This document shows positions 1 to 9,880 of a stretch of 32,335 bases of DNA, piece by piece. Source of the DNA: Candidatus Hermodarchaeota archaeon (GTDB lineage: Archaea > Asgardarchaeota > Hermodarchaeia > Hermodarchaeales > Hermodarchaeaceae). The stretch spans positions 1 to 32,335 of the forward strand of contig JAEOUH010000007.1 in NCBI GenBank assembly GCA_016839365.1, written 5' to 3'. Each line of letters starts with the position of its first letter. Position 1 is the first letter of the stretch. The notes under the pieces are model-generated. The model did not search any database, had not been told where the DNA came from, and was given only the letters and a program-made list of their open reading frames with translations. A program made the translations under genes and the position numbers.

Positions 1-3000
1 AGGTGGGTTGATTTACCTTTACCCAGGTCAGTTGACATCTTCCGCATCTTACGGACCAGCCATGGAATGGCAAACACTCGGGTGTAAGCGAGCCAAGCGA
101 TGAGGATGATGATACCAATTATGGCAGCGATCAAACCCAGTCGGAGGCTGACTACGACGATGGGATGAAGGGCGACATTAACATTGACTTGACGTGTGGC
201 AACAGAGTAGATTAAGCCGGTTTCTGCTCGGAATTCCATAAGATAAGTGGTTTCGCCAGGAAAAGTGACCGAGGGCAGTGTATAGGTTCCATCTCCGTTA
301 TCCGTGAGAACCCAGCCGTGTTCATCGGTAACGAAGGGAATTATTACGGTAACCGTAGAACCAGAAATCGAGGTGTTATGATCCATATCCCAAAGGGTTA
401 TTGTGAATGTGTAAGCAGTACCGGTGATAGCTTGGATGTTTTGTTGAATTCCTCGGATTTCTGTTCGAACCAAAGTGACGGTGACTGGGAGTTGTAGGAT
501 TTGGGCGGTTTGATAGTTTTGCCGCGATAATGTGACATCGAGGTAGTAGTGGGCGGGAGAAACCTGGGTCATGTTGATTACAGTATAGTAAAGGCCAGTT
601 TCGCCATCGTAAGCTAGGGTACCACTTCCCAGTAACCAAGAATATGATCCGATTGCGCTTAATACCGTGTTGTTAGCATAATCGGTGTAGTTGAAGTAAA
701 GGTAAAGAACATCACTACGTGGGACGGTCCAAGGCTGGGAAATATTCAGCCAAGTGATGGCGCCGGTGTCGGGGAAGTACATCCAGGCATTCACAAGATT
801 TAGCTGAGTGGGTCGTGATTCGATGTAGATGGTGGCTGAACTGACTACGAATTCAAAACTGGGTGGATTCGCAGCAAAGGTTGCCATATAGACTGAACCG
901 GATGAAAAGGCCGTACTGGGCAACGTAATTGTGTACCATCCGGGTGTCCCATTCGCAAGCATGATGCCGGAGAACGGACCCCAGAAGTATTCAACAGCAG
1001 CCCCTGTGATTGGAGTGTCGTTGAATAGATTTCGGAAGTAAATATTTACTGTGAAGTTTAACCCCCAATAGACAACATAGGTGGTAGTTTCGGGCTCGAG
1101 GGCAGCTGGAAGCAGGGTAAGAATCAAGCTAATTGCCCGAGATTGGGAATTAACATTGGGGGAGGAAGCCGTGATGTAGATAGTATAGGATCCAGCAACT
1201 AATCCGGTGGTGTCAATTGTGACATTATAGATCCCCCCACCTACTTCAAAGTAGATGCCGTTTAGAGACCCAACGGAATAAGTGACGACTGCGCCTAGGA
1301 CTGGACCCCCCAGTAAAGTAGTATAATTCACCGGGAGACTGAAGGAGGATCCAATGGAAAAGTTCAGTGAATAGCGACCCGTTGGCACCGTATCGAGGAA
1401 ACTGGGAATTTGCTTGACATTGACGACTATCGATGCAAAGCTTTGAGCACAATTTGTACGGTTGACAAAGGCAGTCACATAGTGAACACCAATCGTTCCT
1501 GAAGAGGATAAGAACCAGGTGCCATAATAGCCTCCAGGTCCACTGGTATTACTGAAAGCACCTCCGATCCAGGAGAAGGTGACGTTGGCATCTGTGACAG
1601 GGTCACCGAAGATGGTTTCCACATAGATTTCAACCCAGAAGTTTTCACCATAGACAATATTAATGGGATCTGCCACCGTGACAGTCAGGTCAAGAGGGAG
1701 GGGATTAACGTAGAATTGGACAATGATTTGGCGGGTATTATAGAACGTTTTACTTACTGTTATAGTGACCGTATGAAGCCCAATACCGATGTTATCAGTT
1801 CTGAGGGTGAGAACGTACATGTCAGTAACATAGTATACATCTCCCCAGTCGCATGTAACCAGTGCCCCGGTAATGCCGATGCCCCCGTGATCTGTGTCAT
1901 TGTAGAAGAGGGGAATGCTGGTGTTTTGGCTCCAATAGATATTGGTCGGGTTGGTGAAGTCCAGATCGGTGAGAATTTCGCGAACGGTGACAGTAATATA
2001 GAATTGCTGAAATTGGTACCGTTCTTTGTAAATGGTGATATTGAGCACGAATGAGCCTAGGGAACCCGGACCAGTGCTGTTCAGCTCAATCTCATACCAG
2101 CCACTTCCAGTCTCAGTGATAGTATAATATCCAGCGGTCCAATTCGCAGTGACTTCTAGGTAAGGGACACAGCCAGTAATTCCCAAACTGTCAGCTTTTC
2201 GGAGATATTCAATTTGGATCGTAGCATTGTCCCGCCAGGGGACATAGACACCTGCGGCTTGTGGTGAATTAACTATGGTTTCAGCTACAACATCTATGAG
2301 GATGAAGCACGAAGCATCATCATAATGGCTTTTACTCGCATTCACGCGAATCCAAAACTGTCCCACATCACCGGCTTCAAGGGCATTAATCTCAGCTTCC
2401 CAGTATCCAGTTCCCGATACATAATGGAAGCTGATTGTGCCAGTTGTCCAGTTACCTTCAACTACCGCTGGGGGTTCAAGCCAATCATCGCTATCGATGT
2501 CTAAGTAACGGACTTTGGGGAACAAGGGCTGGTCTTCGTAGAAGGTTTCAATAATTGGCTCACGGGGTGTGAGACTTGTTGAATGGCGTACTGTGTAGGA
2601 GTAACTCAATTCTCCTGCTTCAGTCGAATTATCCCATCTTACGTAGATGCTATAGGTTCCTCCTGTTGTGTTCCAGCCATCATTATAGATGTTGGAAGAA
2701 TACACCCAACCGGCTGCAGTGGGAACAACCAGTTCAGTGTACCAGATGGCACCACCTGGTTGAAGGATTGTTATGTTGGCTTGGGTACCTGTTACACCAA
2801 AAGGAGGATTATCTGATCCATCAAGAATCCGAGCGGCAACACGAGTTGTATTATCTGCTCGGATTGCGGATGTAGGGGACCAGCCTCCGTCCCAAATTTG
2901 TAGTTCAGTTGAGTCAACATAGTTATGTGACTTTGCTTGAATCATCCAGTAACCATCAGGGCTAATGGTGATCGTTGTCGCTGGTATTGAGAAATAACCA

Positions 3001-4349
3001 TCTCCAAGATCCCCCCCTTGACATTGTCCTACTTTGTTAATGGTTGGAAGTTGGGGTTCGGAAAGAAAAGTGATGTCCCAGTCAACGGGGATGGTGAAGT
3101 TGAATACATCATTCCAGTATTTAGATGGCAAAGCAAGTTGATAATAAAAGGTCCAGGTTGTGTTTTGACCACTTTTGGCATTAAACCCTACACCAATCGC
3201 AGAGGGGTTTTGAGCATATACGGTTGAAGAGGTTTTGTTAGCAAAAAGGTTCAGGTCACATAAAGCGGTGACTTCAATATCCAAATCGGGATTGGGTGGA
3301 TTTGGAGTGGGTGCCCAGACTAGATTCGATAGGACCGGACTGGATGTCCACACGGAAGCGGGGATCTGTCTAATAAAACCGGTACCACGGCTGCCTTGAT
3401 CTTCAACAGCCAGTCCGTTCATGTAAAGATTAATTTCTGAAGGATAGACTTTGGTTTGCATGTAGAGCCAGACATTATCAAATTCGACGCGCATCCAGTT
3501 GTTGGAGCTGTAGCCGACGCTCATTGTAGAGAACATCCCGATCTCGAGTTCAACTGCACTATTGGGGAGATCAAATAAACCAGTATTAAGTTCGAGAAAA
3601 CCAGTATTATGCCAACTAGTATCTCCAACGGATTGAAAGCCTTTGGCCCAAACTTGTGAGCCATTAATGCGAACATACACATTGAAGAGGGCATTGCTTC
3701 CCCACGCACTGTCTACACGATAATCCATCTTCACAGCGATCCAAGCGAGATCGGATCGATTAACCGAAAAGGTTTGAGTCCACCAAGTTCGATCATTATT
3801 ATCATACCGATAATAGGAGCCATCCCAACGACCATCTTCTTGAACTCGAACGTATCCGTTACCATCAGGTCCACCACTTTGCCATGTTTGTGTGAACGTG
3901 TTGGCGCCACCTAAGTCATTGTATCCGCTAGTCCAGGAGGTAGCGGCCCCGTTGAAACTGGGATTTAACGCCCAAGTTCTATTTTCATATAGATCATAAA
4001 TGGAATAATCAAGCTGGTAACCGGTCCATCCCGGTGGGAGCACGACACTGGCAGAGTCTGTTCCAGGTGTCTGAGTCGCACTATCATAGAATAGAAATAC
4101 ATCTTGAGATCCGTCGGTTCGGTTTGCGACTTCATGAACTGATCGAGCTGTACCGATTCCATTGTAATCCGGACCAGGTACGGGAGGTGAGTTTCCCGGA
4201 GAAGAAGGCGCATATTCTGGTGCGGCGAGGGGATTATTGGTTGGAGAAGGCTGGAAAGCCTCGGGGGATGTCATTGAATGTACTGGTTGAGCCAGTAATG
4301 GAATTAGAAAACAACAAATAGCAAGGAGTATCATATACCGGGATTTCAT
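1..4349 (-). CDS. Giant secreted single-pass surface glycoprotein with Ig-like repeats (at least 1449 aa; 3' end runs off the window)
   Basis: Not in the ORF track because there is no stop inside the window. ATG at 4349 gives MKSRYMILLAICCFLIPLLAQPVHS (signal peptide) and a Pro/Ser-rich linker. The same frame reads ...ADPINIVYGENFWVEIYV... at ~1650 and ...GLIAAIIGIIILIAWLAYTRVFAIPWLVRKMRKMSTDLGKGKSTH at the window edge. Beta-rich ~100-aa repeats (D..N.PI.GA...G.Y.I.I...G.Y) and many N-X-S/T sequons. Confidence 0.9.
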   Translation of the reverse strand, partial: MKSRYMILLAICCFLIPLLAQPVHSMTSPEAFQPSPTNNPLAAPEYAPSSPGNSPPVPGPDYNGIGTARSVHEVANRTDGSQDVFLFYDSATQTPGTDSASVVLPPGWTGYQLDYSIYDLYENRTWALNPSFNGAATSWTSGYNDLGGANTFTQTWQSGGPDGNGYVRVQEDGRWDGSYYRYDNNDRTWWTQTFSVNRSDLAWIAVKMDYRVDSAWGSNALFNVYVRINGSQVWAKGFQSVGDTSWHNTGFLELNTGLFDLPNSAVELEIGMFSTMSVGYSSNNWMRVEFDNVWLYMQTKVYPSEINLYMNGLAVEDQGSRGTGFIRQIPASVWTSSPVLSNLVWAPTPNPPNPDLDIEVTALCDLNLFANKTSSTVYAQNPSAIGVGFNAKSGQNTTWTFYYQLALPSKYWNDVFNFTIPVDWDITFLSEPQLPTINKVGQCQGGDLGDGYFSIPATTITISPDGYWMIQAKSHNYVDSTELQIWDGGWSPTSAIRADNTTRVAARILDGSDNPPFGVTGTQANITILQPGGAIWYTELVVPTAAGWVYSSNIYNDGWNTTGGTYSIYVRWDNSTEAGELSYSYTVRHSTSLTPREPIIETFYEDQPLFPKVRYLDIDSDDWLEPPAVVEGNWTTGTISFHYVSGTGYWEAEINALEAGDVGQFWIRVNASKSHYDDASCFILIDVVAETIVNSPQAAGVYVPWRDNATIQIEYLRKADSLGITGCVPYLEVTANWTAGYYTITETGSGWYEIELNSTGPGSLGSFVLNITIYKERYQFQQFYITVTVREILTDLDFTNPTNIYWSQNTSIPLFYNDTDHGGIGITGALVTCDWGDVYYVTDMYVLTLRTDNIGIGLHTVTITVSKTFYNTRQIIVQFYVNPLPLDLTVTVADPINIVYGENFWVEIYVETIFGDPVTDANVTFSWIGGAFSNTSGPGGYYGTWFLSSSGTIGVHYVTAFVNRTNCAQSFASIVVNVKQIPSFLDTVPTGRYSLNFSIGSSFSLPVNYTTLLGGPVLGAVVTYSVGSLNGIYFEVGGGIYNVTIDTTGLVAGSYTIYITASSPNVNSQSRAISLILTLLPAALEPETTTYVVYWGLNFTVNIYFRNLFNDTPITGAAVEYFWGPFSGIMLANGTPGWYTITLPSTAFSSGSVYMATFAANPPSFEFVVSSATIYIESRPTQLNLVNAWMYFPDTGAITWLNISQPWTVPRSDVLYLYFNYTDYANNTVLSAIGSYSWLLGSGTLAYDGETGLYYTVINMTQVSPAHYYLDVTLSRQNYQTAQILQLPVTVTLVRTEIRGIQQNIQAITGTAYTFTITLWDMDHNTSISGSTVTVIIPFVTDEHGWVLTDNGDGTYTLPSVTFPGETTYLMEFRAETGLIYSVATRQVNVNVALHPIVVVSLRLGLIAAIIGIIILIAWLAYTRVFAIPWLVRKMRKMSTDLGKGKSTH

Positions 4350-4544
4350 TTAGGTGCACCCACCGTTATGGAAGCCTGCAGACTAATTGCTGGCGTAGCC
4401 ACTTAAGCTAGACTCACGAAGGGAATTTAAATAGATTTCCTGAAGTTTCTAATTGAAAAAAGCCGATTCAAATTTCGCATCTTTCACTTGCGCTAGTTTT
4501 CTTCTGAGATGATTGCCCCCTCTAATGTGAACCACGCATTAGCT

Positions 4545-7500
4545 CTATTCTTCGTCCTCATCAAGCGTCTCATACTGTTCTTTGAGGGTTTCGAAGACCT
4601 CTTCGCGTTCTTCAGGCGGTAAGCTGCTTATCTGTTTAAAGAGCGTCTTCTTCTCGCGTTCACTGAGTGCAGGAATAGCGTCGAGTCGGGCTTGGATGAT
4701 CTGCTCTTCCGCAGTTGTGTCCAGGAGACCCTCAGGTAGTGTTCTTGGCGCGCGTTCGAAACGGGTTCCATCGGCCATCTGGCGTTTCAGGTCTTCAAGG
4801 AACCAGACCCGGTCCTTGACGGGGATGCGCTTCATTTCTTCGAAGAGTTCAAGTTTTTGATCTCGGCCAAGGCCTTCGAGTTGGTCGAGTTCATGCCAGA
4901 TATCGATTTCTTCGGCTTCGCGTTCATCCACAGCTATGGCTAGGGGGACAGCTGTGGCGACGAAGGTGATTTTTACGCTATCATAGGCATCTTCCATGAA
5001 TTCGGTCATTTGATCAGGGCGCGTGGAAATACGGCGTTGGTCGCTACCGGACAGTTTGGGAGTCTTTCCTTTGCCAAGGGTAGTGGACATTTTCCGCATC
5101 TTTCGGACCAGCCATGGAATCGCAAAGATTCGAGTGTAAGCCATCCATGCGACGAGGAGGAGGATTCCGATGATGGCGGCAATGAGTCCGTAGGTAATGA
5201 TGTTACGAGTATATTCTGGGGTTCGTACGACTAATTGAAGGTTGTAGGTTCCGGTTTCGTGGTTATCCATAATGGCATTGATATTGAGTTCCCACACCCC
5301 CTCAAAGAAGACAGAAAGCCCTACGGCCTCATAAACGCCAGGTTCAATTTCTAGCATTTGGATGGGCTGAGGGTTAATGCCTGATATTTGAAGGTAAACA
5401 GATGCCCCTGAAATTGGAATCTGGTGAGCAAGGTCAGTAAAGTTAATTCGGACTCGAAAGAGATCACCGACATTGAGTTGATAAAATGATGTATTGAGGC
5501 TGGGATGAAGAAGATAGACTTCTGTGGGAATATTACGAACTTCAATCGTGAAACTCAGAATTGCTACCTCAAAGTTTTGCCCGCCAAAGCCCGCTGCAGC
5601 CGCATATGAACCGATGGGCACCGTGCTTGAATTGATGACGACCTGATAGAGGCCATTGCCGATGTATTCAATATTTTGATAGCCCACAATGTAGCTGATT
5701 TGCCCAGTTGCATCATGAATCGGTTGACCATTCATCCCAGTATAGTTGAATGTTAAAACAAGCAGGTCATTAATGGGCACCCATATCTCGTCAAGAGGTG
5801 TTTGGCGCATGCCCCAAATGCTTTGAGTGTATGCGTCGATAAGATTGGCTTCGGTGGGTTGCGGGGAGATTAGAAGCAGGATTTGGGCTGTGGCATCTTC
5901 ATAGGCGGCGATTTGAGCACGTATAGTGATGGTATAGGTTCCCACAGATTGATTCTCAACTTGAATGGTTATCGAATACCATCCATCTGTTCCATTGGGG
6001 AGTAAGGTGCCAGAAAAGCCTATTCCAAAATATTGGGGTGTTGCACCAAGAATTGGTTGGTTTTCCGCCGTATCGTTAAGATACACCGCGAATGTGAACG
6101 TGTCGTTCCAAAACACATTATGAGAAGTGAATTCGGGAATAATTTGCACCTCTCGGCCACGGATGAGAATGCTAACAGAAAGAAAAGCTTGCCAATAATC
6201 AACAGGTGCATTGGCATCTAGGAAGAAGCGAAGCTGGTAAGTCTCGTTGACCAGATATTTCGATGCCTCAAAGACCATCGAATAGTTACCAACCTCACTA
6301 GGGACAGAGGTAAGTTTGCCATAATCTACCATGTCTGCTGTTGAATTAAATATTATCCAAGTCGCAGTACCAAGAATAGAGGTTGCATTTACATCGATTC
6401 CTTGGCCAGATGGTGTTGAATCCAAATCCTTGTAAAAGACAACGAATGTTCGGCTTACATTATATGGGACTTCGACGAAGGGGACGGTTGTTGGCGCCTT
6501 AAGCTCTATTTCTGTTCGATGTTCTCGGGCTACGATCCCAATTGCCACATAGGTGTTTCCGGTATCACTCACAGTAATTGGAGCTGTTTGGTTATGATTC
6601 CGGAATTGATTGATGTAGCGAACATTGATATCATATTGATCGGGGGGAAGGTAGGCTGAAGCGGAGGGAGTGGTGTTCAAAGCAAAAACGGGAGCCGTTG
6701 ATGTGGCGTTATCGAGGAAGACTTCTGCGTATGTTGGAAGCAGACTATCATCAAACCAATCCCTAACCTCCAACGTCACGTAACTTAGTTGGCATTCAAT
6801 GGTAAGGGACCAGCCACGTTGGATGGTATGATCTAAGGCTATACTTGTGGTGTTTACGGTAAAGGTAATGCTTCCACCATAAGTCGAAAGGAGAGAATAG
6901 TTGGAAATTACCGTGTAGGTATCCGACGGTAATTTGAGAAAGACGATTGTGGCAACATCAGTCATGCCAGTCCGAACGAGGTGGCTTGTACTATTATAAA
7001 CGTAGATTGACACATTCGAGATATCGGTCCCCGCAACATCCTTGGTGATGCATGTCAGAACATTGTGTGCATAGAACTCCTCTTCACCGAGTTCTAACGA
7101 AATGGGTTGATTGACCTGCATTGAAAGAGAACGAGTTTCAGTAAAGTTGGTGCCAAAGGCTGAGGTATACAGGGTGTAATCATAGACGAAATGGTCTCCG
7201 TCGGGCATTACGAAGAAATCACCTTGGTGTCCTTCACGCAGAATCTGCTGCAACATAGTATTGTCTCCCATTCCTGTTACGGCAAGGGAGAGTACTTCCC
7301 AACCGACAGGGTTGACTTTCGCTATGAGTCCAACGGAGGGATCACTTCCACTTGCATTATCATACCAAGTCATCCAAGGCTCAACAGGAAAGTCTCGGCG
7401 ACGTCCATCTACAGATTCATTGTAGAGCCCGTATTTGGAGCCGTACCATGATTTACGGTTTTGTAGGGCATCAATGATGCCAGGGGTTCCAATCCCACAG

Positions 7501-8732
7501 GTAAAGGTCATAATGTGTGGCCAGTCCCCATAGTTTTTGACAGCACATTGTTGACCCGATTCTTGAGGATTAGCTTCAATATCGAGGAGTATTTTTACAA
7601 ACAGATTATCCCCGTGCCAATAGAAGGTGTAGGTAATGGTATAGTTAAAGAACCCATGGCTTCCCCAGCTCCTCGAATAAGAGTCTTGATACGGATCGGA
7701 GGGATAAACGGAGGAGCTGGTTTCGTAGCCTCCATCACTCGTGACAATCTTGATTCGGGTGAAGAGTGGTCCATCATCAAGGATCCAGACACCCGCCCCA
7801 TCCACCCAGGCTTCAGCTGGGTTATCTGGGGCAACGTTTGCACGGTTATTTGATTCCATTCCTGGATTGACCAAATATGGGTCAAGGGCGAATTCTCCTA
7901 AAAGCATGTATTGATCGGCGGATGTGCCGTTAGAAGTATCGAACGCGTCAGCATCACCATATCTAGCGGTGATTAAGCCACAGCAAGGTCCACCCCAATC
8001 AGATCCCCCACGGAGGGTGTCGACGAGGAGGATTGCTGAATGTTCGTATTGGCTGGCTGATGATCGGATGAAGATTGTGTCAACCCCAGTGTAATTTGTT
8101 GAGGTGACATCAGAATAGACCCAGGGCATGATAGTATCATCTGTTACGGGCCCATCAGCGGGTATGGCGTCAATGTGGTCAGTATAGGAGGGAGGTGTGA
8201 TTGGGTCATCGTCATAGTAGAGGTAGAACACTTCTTGGTGGTTCTGAGTGATGTTAACAAGGAAACAAACTGTACAGGAATCATAATAGCTACCTGTTTT
8301 GGAGACGTTCCAGATTTGGGATGGGACCTCATGCCAGGTTGTTAGATCCCAATAGGCAACTGCAATGATATTTTCCCGGGCTGTGTTAGGCGAAAAAGTA
8401 AGGTAGACATGGACGGGTTCCATTGTTCGGGAGGCGAGATTAGGTTCGAGGATTGTGATTTTCCGGCGATAATCGTATGAAGTGTTCCACCACTCTACAA
8501 GTGTTTCCCGTCCGGTTCCAAGTGGATTATCGGGTAATGGTGGTGAATTTTCATTAGTCGGCATGACAATGAGAACGTCAGATGGAGGGACAGGTTGCGT
8601 ACCAGGAGCGGAGGGGGTATACAATCCGCTTTCTGATAAAGTGGTTTGCTCAGGTAGAGTAAAAGTTGGAACTATAAACTGGCCTAGAAAGAATACGAGA
8701 AAAAGCCCGAGGGCTAGATGATTTTTACGCAT
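4545..8732 (-). CDS. Giant secreted single-pass surface glycoprotein: DUF2341-like N-terminal region, Ig-like repeat stalk, TM helix, ~190-aa cytoplasmic tail
   Basis: 1410-aa ORF. The likely start is ATG 8732 (MRKNHLALGLFLVFFLGQF signal peptide, AAGGAG upstream) rather than 8777. WWNTSYDYRRKITI resembles the WWN..W.YR..ITI motif that precedes DUF2341 domains. TM helix YGLIAAIIGILLLVAWMAY is followed by a basic then acidic helical tail. Confidence 0.9.
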   Translation of the reverse strand: MRKNHLALGLFLVFFLGQFIVPTFTLPEQTTLSESGLYTPSAPGTQPVPPSDVLIVMPTNENSPPLPDNPLGTGRETLVEWWNTSYDYRRKITILEPNLASRTMEPVHVYLTFSPNTARENIIAVAYWDLTTWHEVPSQIWNVSKTGSYYDSCTVCFLVNITQNHQEVFYLYYDDDPITPPSYTDHIDAIPADGPVTDDTIMPWVYSDVTSTNYTGVDTIFIRSSASQYEHSAILLVDTLRGGSDWGGPCCGLITARYGDADAFDTSNGTSADQYMLLGEFALDPYLVNPGMESNNRANVAPDNPAEAWVDGAGVWILDDGPLFTRIKIVTSDGGYETSSSVYPSDPYQDSYSRSWGSHGFFNYTITYTFYWHGDNLFVKILLDIEANPQESGQQCAVKNYGDWPHIMTFTCGIGTPGIIDALQNRKSWYGSKYGLYNESVDGRRRDFPVEPWMTWYDNASGSDPSVGLIAKVNPVGWEVLSLAVTGMGDNTMLQQILREGHQGDFFVMPDGDHFVYDYTLYTSAFGTNFTETRSLSMQVNQPISLELGEEEFYAHNVLTCITKDVAGTDISNVSIYVYNSTSHLVRTGMTDVATIVFLKLPSDTYTVISNYSLLSTYGGSITFTVNTTSIALDHTIQRGWSLTIECQLSYVTLEVRDWFDDSLLPTYAEVFLDNATSTAPVFALNTTPSASAYLPPDQYDINVRYINQFRNHNQTAPITVSDTGNTYVAIGIVAREHRTEIELKAPTTVPFVEVPYNVSRTFVVFYKDLDSTPSGQGIDVNATSILGTATWIIFNSTADMVDYGKLTSVPSEVGNYSMVFEASKYLVNETYQLRFFLDANAPVDYWQAFLSVSILIRGREVQIIPEFTSHNVFWNDTFTFAVYLNDTAENQPILGATPQYFGIGFSGTLLPNGTDGWYSITIQVENQSVGTYTITIRAQIAAYEDATAQILLLISPQPTEANLIDAYTQSIWGMRQTPLDEIWVPINDLLVLTFNYTGMNGQPIHDATGQISYIVGYQNIEYIGNGLYQVVINSSTVPIGSYAAAAGFGGQNFEVAILSFTIEVRNIPTEVYLLHPSLNTSFYQLNVGDLFRVRINFTDLAHQIPISGASVYLQISGINPQPIQMLEIEPGVYEAVGLSVFFEGVWELNINAIMDNHETGTYNLQLVVRTPEYTRNIITYGLIAAIIGILLLVAWMAYTRIFAIPWLVRKMRKMSTTLGKGKTPKLSGSDQRRISTRPDQMTEFMEDAYDSVKITFVATAVPLAIAVDEREAEEIDIWHELDQLEGLGRDQKLELFEEMKRIPVKDRVWFLEDLKRQMADGTRFERAPRTLPEGLLDTTAEEQIIQARLDAIPALSEREKKTLFKQISSLPPEEREEVFETLKEQYETLDEDEE

Positions 8733-8892
8733 CCCAAATCGCTCCTTTATGGAGTTGTGTGGAAGGTCGGTATCCACTAGCCGTGAAATGCGCTTTAACG
8801 CTTTTGTCTGCGTAGAGCAAAGATTTCGAATACTGTGGAATCTGCGAGGTATCGAATAGGGCTAGTTGAGTGTGAATTGGTTATGGAAGAGC

Positions 8893-9657
8893 CTATTTAT
8901 CCACCACTTTGGGATCACGTTTTTCAAAGAAGGCTTTGACTCCTTCTTTGGCATCTTCGGATTCAAAGGCTTCGCCGAAGTAGCGAGCTTCGAGCTTCAA
9001 ACCGTCTTCGATTGGCATATACAAAGCGCGTTTCATGGCTTTCTTTACGAGCTTGATTGCGACAAGACCCCGTTGCGCAATCCTTTCGGCTAAGTGCATT
9101 GCGATTGGAATGAGTTGGGATTGTGGAACGACTTTGTGAACGAAACTACCCATTTCAGCTGCGGGAACGATATCGCCGGTGAAGATGAGCTCCCTGGCGC
9201 GTTGGGGATCCATCCAGCGTTGGAGTCGTTGGGTTCCACCCCATCCTGGGATGATACCGAGTTTAATTTCGGTTTGTCCAAAACGGGCGGTTTCTGATGC
9301 TATAACGAAGTCGCAGGCTTGGCAGAGCTCCATCCCACCACCTAGACAGAATCCGTTCACGGCCATGATGAGGACTTTGCTATGGTTTTCTAAGAAAAGA
9401 GTAAACTCTTGACCCATCCGAGCGGTTTTTTCAGCACCCTTCGCATCCAAGCCTTTGAACTGTTTAATGTTTGCACCGCCAATGAAGAATTTGTCTCCAG
9501 CACCAGTGATGATGATGACTTTCGTGTCATCTTGATCCAATTCGGTAAGCATCTCTTTGAGAGTGGTGAAAATCTCTTGATCAAGGGCGTTTGCAGGTGG
9601 ATTATTGATAGTAATAAGCGCAATTTGGTCCTCTTTCTTTAATTCAACTTTAGACAT
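8893..9657 (-). CDS. Enoyl-CoA hydratase/isomerase (crotonase family)
   Basis: INNPPANAL, FIGGANI, GGGMELCQACD and QTEIKLGIIPGWGGTQRL; both catalytic Glu are retained. AGGAG RBS upstream. Confidence 0.95.
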   Translation of the reverse strand: MSKVELKKEDQIALITINNPPANALDQEIFTTLKEMLTELDQDDTKVIIITGAGDKFFIGGANIKQFKGLDAKGAEKTARMGQEFTLFLENHSKVLIMAVNGFCLGGGMELCQACDFVIASETARFGQTEIKLGIIPGWGGTQRLQRWMDPQRARELIFTGDIVPAAEMGSFVHKVVPQSQLIPIAMHLAERIAQRGLVAIKLVKKAMKRALYMPIEDGLKLEARYFGEAFESEDAKEGVKAFFEKRDPKVVDK

Positions 9658-9724
9658 CTGATAGTGTCTCCTGAAAGGTATATGATGGTCTTACCGGTTC
9701 AATGTCCCTTTTACCTGTTTGGTT

Positions 9725-9880
9725 TGCTAAAGGGATGAATAACCGTTGTCCGAAACTTACCCATCTAGGACACCCGAATGGCGCTCGGTTCCTGCATCAT
9801 CGATGGGCATTGGTCCAGAGGACCTGTAACCTCCCACCTCATGACAGGCGTTTAACGTCTCCGCCCAACTGGCGGCGACC
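9725..9880 (-). ncRNA. Putative TnpB omegaRNA (scaffold overlapping the tnpB 3' end plus a guide from the right flank)
   Basis: Minus-strand hairpins CCGCC-agttg-GGCGG, GGTCC-tct-GGACC and CCATTCGGG-tgt-CCTAGATGG lie in the last ~140 nt of the element. It is established that TnpB omegaRNAs derive from this region. Predicted guide starts TTATTCATCCCTTTAGC at 9742. Confidence 0.6.

Noticed and set aside
376-4321. Many 60-110 aa ORFs in the track (here and across the window)
   Set aside because: They are shadow ORFs antisense or out of frame to long, motif-supported genes; the first 4.3 kb is explained by the single 4349-to-edge ORF.
4572-4913. Resemblance of the tail repeat to staphylococcal protein A or GA three-helix modules
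   Set aside because: Only a generic L..L...Q/E...F amphipathic pattern, and the repeat is cytoplasmic. Homology cannot be claimed by eye.
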